DNA of 64,000 nucleotides from NCBI RefSeq assembly GCF_054482525.1, contig NZ_CM137006.1; one strand, 5' to 3'. Shown piece by piece: positions 59,786 to 64,000 of this stretch (position 1 is its first letter; each line of letters starts with the position of its first letter). The notes under the pieces were generated by a model. It saw only the letters and a program-made list of their open reading frames with translations, ran no database searches and was not told where the DNA came from. The position numbers and the translations under genes were made by a program.

Positions 59786-59870
59786 TTTATCTGCCTGTAC
59801 GGCAGTGAACGGTATAAAAATCGAGTTTTTCTTTCGGTTGGCTTTCTAAGCTGCCTGTACGGCAGTGAAC
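59783..59870 (-). CRISPR. Orphan type I-F CRISPR remnant: two repeats and one 32-nt spacer
   Basis: The minus strand reads GTTCACTGCCGTACAGGCAGCTTAGAAA (59870-59843), a 32-nt spacer (59842-59811), then GTTCACTGCCGTACAGGCAGATAAAATG (59810-59783, degenerate last 8 nt). The repeat equals the E. coli I-F consensus as I recall it. There are no cas genes in the window. Confidence 0.75.
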
Positions 59871-60025
59871 TCAAATACTACACGTCTAGCCCGTTGTTAA
59901 TAAAGCAAAACCATCTCATTTTCCTGCTACCACCCTTTTTTATCCTTACCTTCCCGCAGCACTAATTATCAACAACTTACAATCATCATCAAAAAAAGGG
60001 TCTGAACCTCCTCCACCCCATAAAT

Positions 60026-60060
60026 AAAAAGTCCGTAACCTCTTTCGAGATTACGGACTT
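60026..60060 (-). terminator. clpA rho-independent terminator
   Basis: Minus strand aagtccgtaa-tctcgaaagagg-ttacggactt followed by ttttt, 24 nt after the clpA stop. Confidence 0.7.
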
Positions 60061-60083
60061 CACCAACCTACCTAACAATTAGA

Positions 60084-62360
60084 TTAATGCGTTGCTTCCG
60101 CCTTGTGCTTTTGTGCACTCTGGAATCCGTAAGTCAGCTCATTTTTCTCTTTATCCAGCGCGACGGTGACCTGACCGCCGTCCACCAGCGAACCAAACAG
60201 CAGTTCGTTGGCGAGCGGTTTTTTCAGGTTGTCCTGGATGACACGCGCCATCGGACGTGCGCCCATTGCCCGGTCGTAACCTTTCTCGGCCAGCCAGTTA
60301 CGCGCTTCCTGGCTCACTTCCAGAGAAACACCTTTCTGATCCAACTGAACCTGCAACTCGACGATGAATTTATCCACTACCTGATGGATCACGTCGGTGG
60401 AGAGATGATCGAACCAGATAATGTTGTCGAGACGGTTACGAAACTCCGGCGTAAAGATCTTCTTGATCTCTTCCATCGCATCGGTGCTGTTGTCCTGGTG
60501 GATAAGACCAATCGATTTACGCTCAGTTTCTCGTACCCCAGCGTTGGTGGTCATCACCAATACCACGTTACGGAAGTCCGCTTTGCGTCCGTTGTTATCG
60601 GTCAGCGTACCGTTGTCCATCACCTGCAACAGAATATTGAACACGTCCGGGTGCGCTTTCTCGATTTCGTCCAGCAGCAGCACCGCATGTGGATGCTTGA
60701 TGACCGCATCAGTCAGCAAACCGCCCTGATCAAAACCAACGTATCCCGGAGGCGCACCAATCAGACGGCTGACGGTATGGCGTTCCATATACTCGGACAT
60801 ATCAAAGCGCAGAAGCTCAATGCCCAAAGCTTTCGAAAGCTGTACCGTCACCTCTGTTTTCCCGACCCCGGTAGGGCCTGCAAACAGGAACGAACCGACC
60901 GGTTTATGTTCGTGACCTAAACCTGCACGCGCCATCTTAATGGCTTCAGTCAGCGCCTCAATGGCTTTATCCTGACCGAAGACCAGCATTTTCAGGCGAT
61001 CGCCGAGGTTTTTCAGGGTATCGCGGTCACTCTGAGAAACACTCTTCTCTGGAATGCGTGCAATACGGGCCACCACGGACTCAATATCCGCCACATTAAC
61101 GGTTTTCTTGCGTTTGCTTACCGGCATCAGGCGTGCGCGAGCGCCCGCTTCGTCGATAACGTCAATGGCTTTATCCGGCAGATGACGATCGTTAATGTAT
61201 TTCACCGCCAGCTCTACCGCTGCACGCACCGCTTTTGCGGTATAACGCACGTCGTGGTGCGCTTCATACTTCGGTTTCAGGCCATTGATGATTTGAACAG
61301 TTTCTTCGATCGACGGTTCAGTAATATCAATTTTCTGGAAGCGACGCGCCAGAGCACGGTCTTTCTCGAAAATGTTGCTGAACTCCTGATAGGTTGTCGA
61401 ACCAATTACGCGAATTTTACCGCTGGAGAGCAGCGGTTTGATCAGGTTAGCCGCATCGACCTGGCCACCAGAGGCTGCACCCGCACCGATAATGGTGTGG
61501 ATCTCATCAATAAACAGGATGCTGTTAGTATCCTGCTCCAGCTGCTTGAGCAACGCTTTAAAACGTTTTTCAAAGTCGCCGCGATATTTAGTGCCCGCTA
61601 ACAGAGAACCGATATCGAGAGAGTAAATCGTACAGTCAGCCATCACTTCCGGCACATCGCCCTGAACAATTCGCCAGGCAAGACCTTCCGCAATCGCGGT
61701 TTTACCGACACCAGATTCCCCCACCAGCAGCGGGTTGTTTTTACGGCGACGGCAGAGAACCTGAATAGCACGCTCCAGCTCCTTCTCACGACCAATCAGT
61801 GGGTCGATTCCGCCCACACGCGCAAGCTGATTCAGGTTCGTCGTGAAATTCTCCATACGTTCCTCCCCACCAGCTTGTTCTTCGCTGTTTGGCTGGCTGC
61901 CAGGATCAGAAGACTGTGTCGGCTCGTCTTTACGCGTGCCATGAGAGATAAAGTTCACCACATCGAGACGGCTGACTTCATGTTTACGCAACAGATATGC
62001 CGCCTGCGACTCCTGTTCGCTAAAGATAGCGACCAGAACGTTTGCACCGGTAACCTCATTGCGACCGGAGGACTGGACATGGAAGACCGCACGTTGCAGT
62101 ACACGCTGAAAACTCAGCGTCGGCTGTGTGTCGCGCTCCTCTTCACTGGCAGGCAGAACGGGTGTGGTTTGTTCAATAAAGGCTTCCAGTTCCTGACGGA
62201 GCGCAACCAAATCCACAGAACACGCTTCCAGCGCCTCCCGGGCAGATGGGTTACTGAGCAGCGCCAGTAACAAGTGCTCGACGGTCATAAACTCATGACG
62301 GTGCTCGCGCGCTCTGGCGAAAGCCATATTTAAACTGAGTTCCAGTTCTTGATTGAGCAT
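60084..62360 (-). CDS. clpA: ATP-dependent Clp protease ATP-binding subunit ClpA (758 aa)
   Basis: [35 protein letters not shown]… from the ATG at 62360. There are two AAA+ modules ([15 protein letters not shown] and [12 protein letters not shown]). Confidence 0.95.
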   Translation of the reverse strand: MLNQELELSLNMAFARAREHRHEFMTVEHLLLALLSNPSAREALEACSVDLVALRQELEAFIEQTTPVLPASEEERDTQPTLSFQRVLQRAVFHVQSSGRNEVTGANVLVAIFSEQESQAAYLLRKHEVSRLDVVNFISHGTRKDEPTQSSDPGSQPNSEEQAGGEERMENFTTNLNQLARVGGIDPLIGREKELERAIQVLCRRRKNNPLLVGESGVGKTAIAEGLAWRIVQGDVPEVMADCTIYSLDIGSLLAGTKYRGDFEKRFKALLKQLEQDTNSILFIDEIHTIIGAGAASGGQVDAANLIKPLLSSGKIRVIGSTTYQEFSNIFEKDRALARRFQKIDITEPSIEETVQIINGLKPKYEAHHDVRYTAKAVRAAVELAVKYINDRHLPDKAIDVIDEAGARARLMPVSKRKKTVNVADIESVVARIARIPEKSVSQSDRDTLKNLGDRLKMLVFGQDKAIEALTEAIKMARAGLGHEHKPVGSFLFAGPTGVGKTEVTVQLSKALGIELLRFDMSEYMERHTVSRLIGAPPGYVGFDQGGLLTDAVIKHPHAVLLLDEIEKAHPDVFNILLQVMDNGTLTDNNGRKADFRNVVLVMTTNAGVRETERKSIGLIHQDNSTDAMEEIKKIFTPEFRNRLDNIIWFDHLSTDVIHQVVDKFIVELQVQLDQKGVSLEVSQEARNWLAEKGYDRAMGARPMARVIQDNLKKPLANELLFGSLVDGGQVTVALDKEKNELTYGFQSAQKHKAEATH

Positions 62361-62390
62361 AGGCACCTCCCCCAATTTTTATGCCTGCAT

Positions 62391-62711
62391 TCAGGCTTTT
62401 TCTAGCGTACACAGCAATGGATGCTCATTCTCCCTCGCGTACTTGTTCACCATCGCCACTTTGGTTTCTGCAACCTCGGCGGTAAAGACTCCGCAAATGG
62501 CCTTCCCCTGGTAGTGAACAGCGAGCATCAATTGCGTTGCACGTTCTACATCATAAGAAAAGAATTTTTGTAACACGTCAATAACAAACTCCATCGGAGT
62601 GTAATCATCATTGACTAATATCACTTTATACATAGATGGCGGTTTTAGCGCGTCGCGAACTTTTTCTTCCGCCAGTTGATCAAAGTCCAGCCAGTCGTTC
62701 GTTTTACCCAT
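62391..62711 (-). CDS. clpS: ClpS adaptor protein (106 aa)
   Basis: [51 protein letters not shown]… is the E. coli ClpS sequence. It lies 30 nt upstream of clpA. Confidence 0.95.
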
Positions 62712-63497
62712 TGTCAGTTATCATCTTCGGTTACGGTTATCGGCAGAACGCCCTGCCGCTGACAAGAGCTTATTTGCCTGACCAATCTACTCCACATGAT
62801 AGATAACTATCATTTATATCATTTAGTTAATTAGTCTTTATTTTTCATTATGTTGCAAATAACAAGCCCGTCAAAAACAGTGATATTAACTACACCATTA
62901 ACTACACCGCTTCACGAACAATATCGAACAACCGCGAACAAAGATCAACACGCTTTAATCATTATCATTTTCCGGCTATCCGTCATGAAGCTGGTGGATG
63001 ATCTGCGTGGTGATTTCCACCATTCAGAGCAGGGGCGGTCATCATGACCATGCCATAACAAAAACCCCATATTCGTGGTTTTTCTGTGTCGGGGCTATTC
63101 TGCTGTTGCCGTGCTGGTGGATATTCTCCGGTATGCGGCTCCCCATATCGGCATCAGGCCCACCAGCGTGAAGCGTTTTTCATTTTTCGCGGGTATAAAA
63201 AATCGATGGGGCTGGCAGTCCTGAAGACGTCAGGGTACGGAGATTTGACCCGCCCCTCCCTGTGCATGAGCACAATAAGTAACCGAAGGCGGAATTCCGC
63301 CCTCGGTACTTACATATGAGAAACGATATTTCTTCCACCGATACCCTTTATTTGGGTATTGCGAGTAAGCCCCAAAATCTGGGTGTTACTCTTACTACCC
63401 AAACTACGGGTAGTTTCCGTAGTTTCATGGTCGAGTTGCAAATCTGCAACTCACCCACCAGCCAACGCAATTTTGCGTTATCGGGAATATCAGCAAG

Positions 63498-63785
63498 TTA
63501 CCGCCGCAGTCGTTCCGGCTTCTTCCACTGGTAAGTATTTTTCGCGCTCTCCCTCCGTTGTTGAGAACGGCGACGGTATGCCAGCAACTCAAGGACTCTG
63601 GTTCGTATGTTGCGCATATCCACGCCGTTAAGCTCAATACCATCACGGCGCATCACCTCAGCAACAACACGCGCGTAATTTTCAGCGGTGACTGTATCCG
63701 GCTGCGCGGCCTGTTCGTCAGCCAACTGGCTGATTCCACCAGCACAGCGGATTAATCGCAGTATTTCAGATTCGGTCATTATCAT
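63498..63785 (-). CDS. Hypothetical small protein, phage-like context
   Basis: A 95-aa ORF with a basic C-terminus, coupled to the upstream ORF by an ATGA overlap (63782-63785). No family is recognised. Confidence 0.4.
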   Translation of the reverse strand: MIMTESEILRLIRCAGGISQLADEQAAQPDTVTAENYARVVAEVMRRDGIELNGVDMRNIRTRVLELLAYRRRSQQRRESAKNTYQWKKPERLRR

Positions 63786-63979
63786 GCCTGTTTTGCGACC
63801 TCATTCACTACGTCATTTTTTACCATCCGGCTGATAATCTGATTACACAAATCGTCAATAATTGACTGCACTCTGTTTACTGCCATCGGTTTAAGCCCGG
63901 CATCACGTGCCAGAATATTGGGGAGTTTTGCCAGTTCCTCGCTTACGATTTCCCCCCATATAGCCATCTCTTTTCGCAC
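63782..63979 (-). CDS. Hypothetical small protein, phage-like context
   Basis: A 65-aa ORF translationally coupled to the 95-aa ORF. No family is recognised, and it lies near the window edge. Confidence 0.35.
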   Translation of the reverse strand: MRKEMAIWGEIVSEELAKLPNILARDAGLKPMAVNRVQSIIDDLCNQIISRMVKNDVVNEVAKQA

Positions 63980-64000
63980 ATCATCGGCGGGTATGAGTTG

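Noticed and set aside
59489-59965. A 158-aa plus-strand ORF spanning the att repeats and CRISPR remnant
   Set aside because: It reads through two terminator hairpins, duplicated att copies (hence the internal peptide repeat SPPYSKKSSYES) and CRISPR repeats. It is an artefact of stop-poor non-coding sequence.
60087-60920. A 277-aa plus-strand ORF (and others up to 62270) inside clpA
   Set aside because: It is antisense to the unmistakable ClpA coding sequence.

Overview
The window reads as an Escherichia coli-type chromosome. All family and gene names come from reading the translations from memory; no database search was possible.

Core genome (about 59.6-64 kb): clpA and clpS lie on the minus strand. 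Beside them are a two-repeat orphan type I-F CRISPR remnant and two tandem copies of a tRNA-Ser (serW) 3-prime end plus terminator. The expected cspD is not seen, and phage-like ORFs begin near 63.5 kb.

Island (1 to about 59.6 kb): this looks like one large mosaic genomic island with an intact P4-type tyrosine integrase (58184-59386). Its backbone runs on the minus strand in CP4-57/CP4-44-like order: int, alpA-like, yfjI-like, yfjJ-like, then yeeP-like GTPase, Ag43 with its three-GATC Dam/OxyR switch, yeeR-like, DUF905, DUF932 and an antirestriction gene.

Cargo modules between the backbone genes, bounded by IS or tRNA scars:
(1) 9.3-12.9 kb: visibly AT-rich orphan genes, comprising a membrane-anchored protein, a 261-aa unknown and an HNH nuclease.
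(2) 13.4-22.7 kb: a tightly packed six-gene operon, hsdM-hsdS-darT-darG-hsdR plus a zinc peptidase. This is a type I R-M system with a DarTG toxin-antitoxin embedded in it.
(3) 23.9-27.3 kb: DcuA-like transporter, Asp/Glu racemase and LysR regulator.
(4) 29.5-33.8 kb: deoxyribose genes deoX-deoP-deoK and deoQ.
(5) 34.9-42.9 kb: a decayed captured copy of a garD-agaR...rsmI neighbourhood, with a kbaZ-kbaY deletion fusion, a MalX-like PTS, a MalY-like lyase and a secreted alpha-galactosidase-like hydrolase.
(6) 42.9-50.6 kb: the most interesting item. It is a translationally coupled two-gene operon in the island's variable slot, encoding a reconstructable 1656-aa NERD + two kinase-like domains + Upf1-like SF1 helicase protein and a 478-aa winged-helix partner. 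I cannot assign it to any named defence system. In this strain it is cleanly split by an IS629 insertion.

Mobile-element debris: IS629, frameshifted IS200, degenerate IS1, an internally deleted IS3-family element, an IS66 tail and a degenerate tRNA-Ile2-like fossil.
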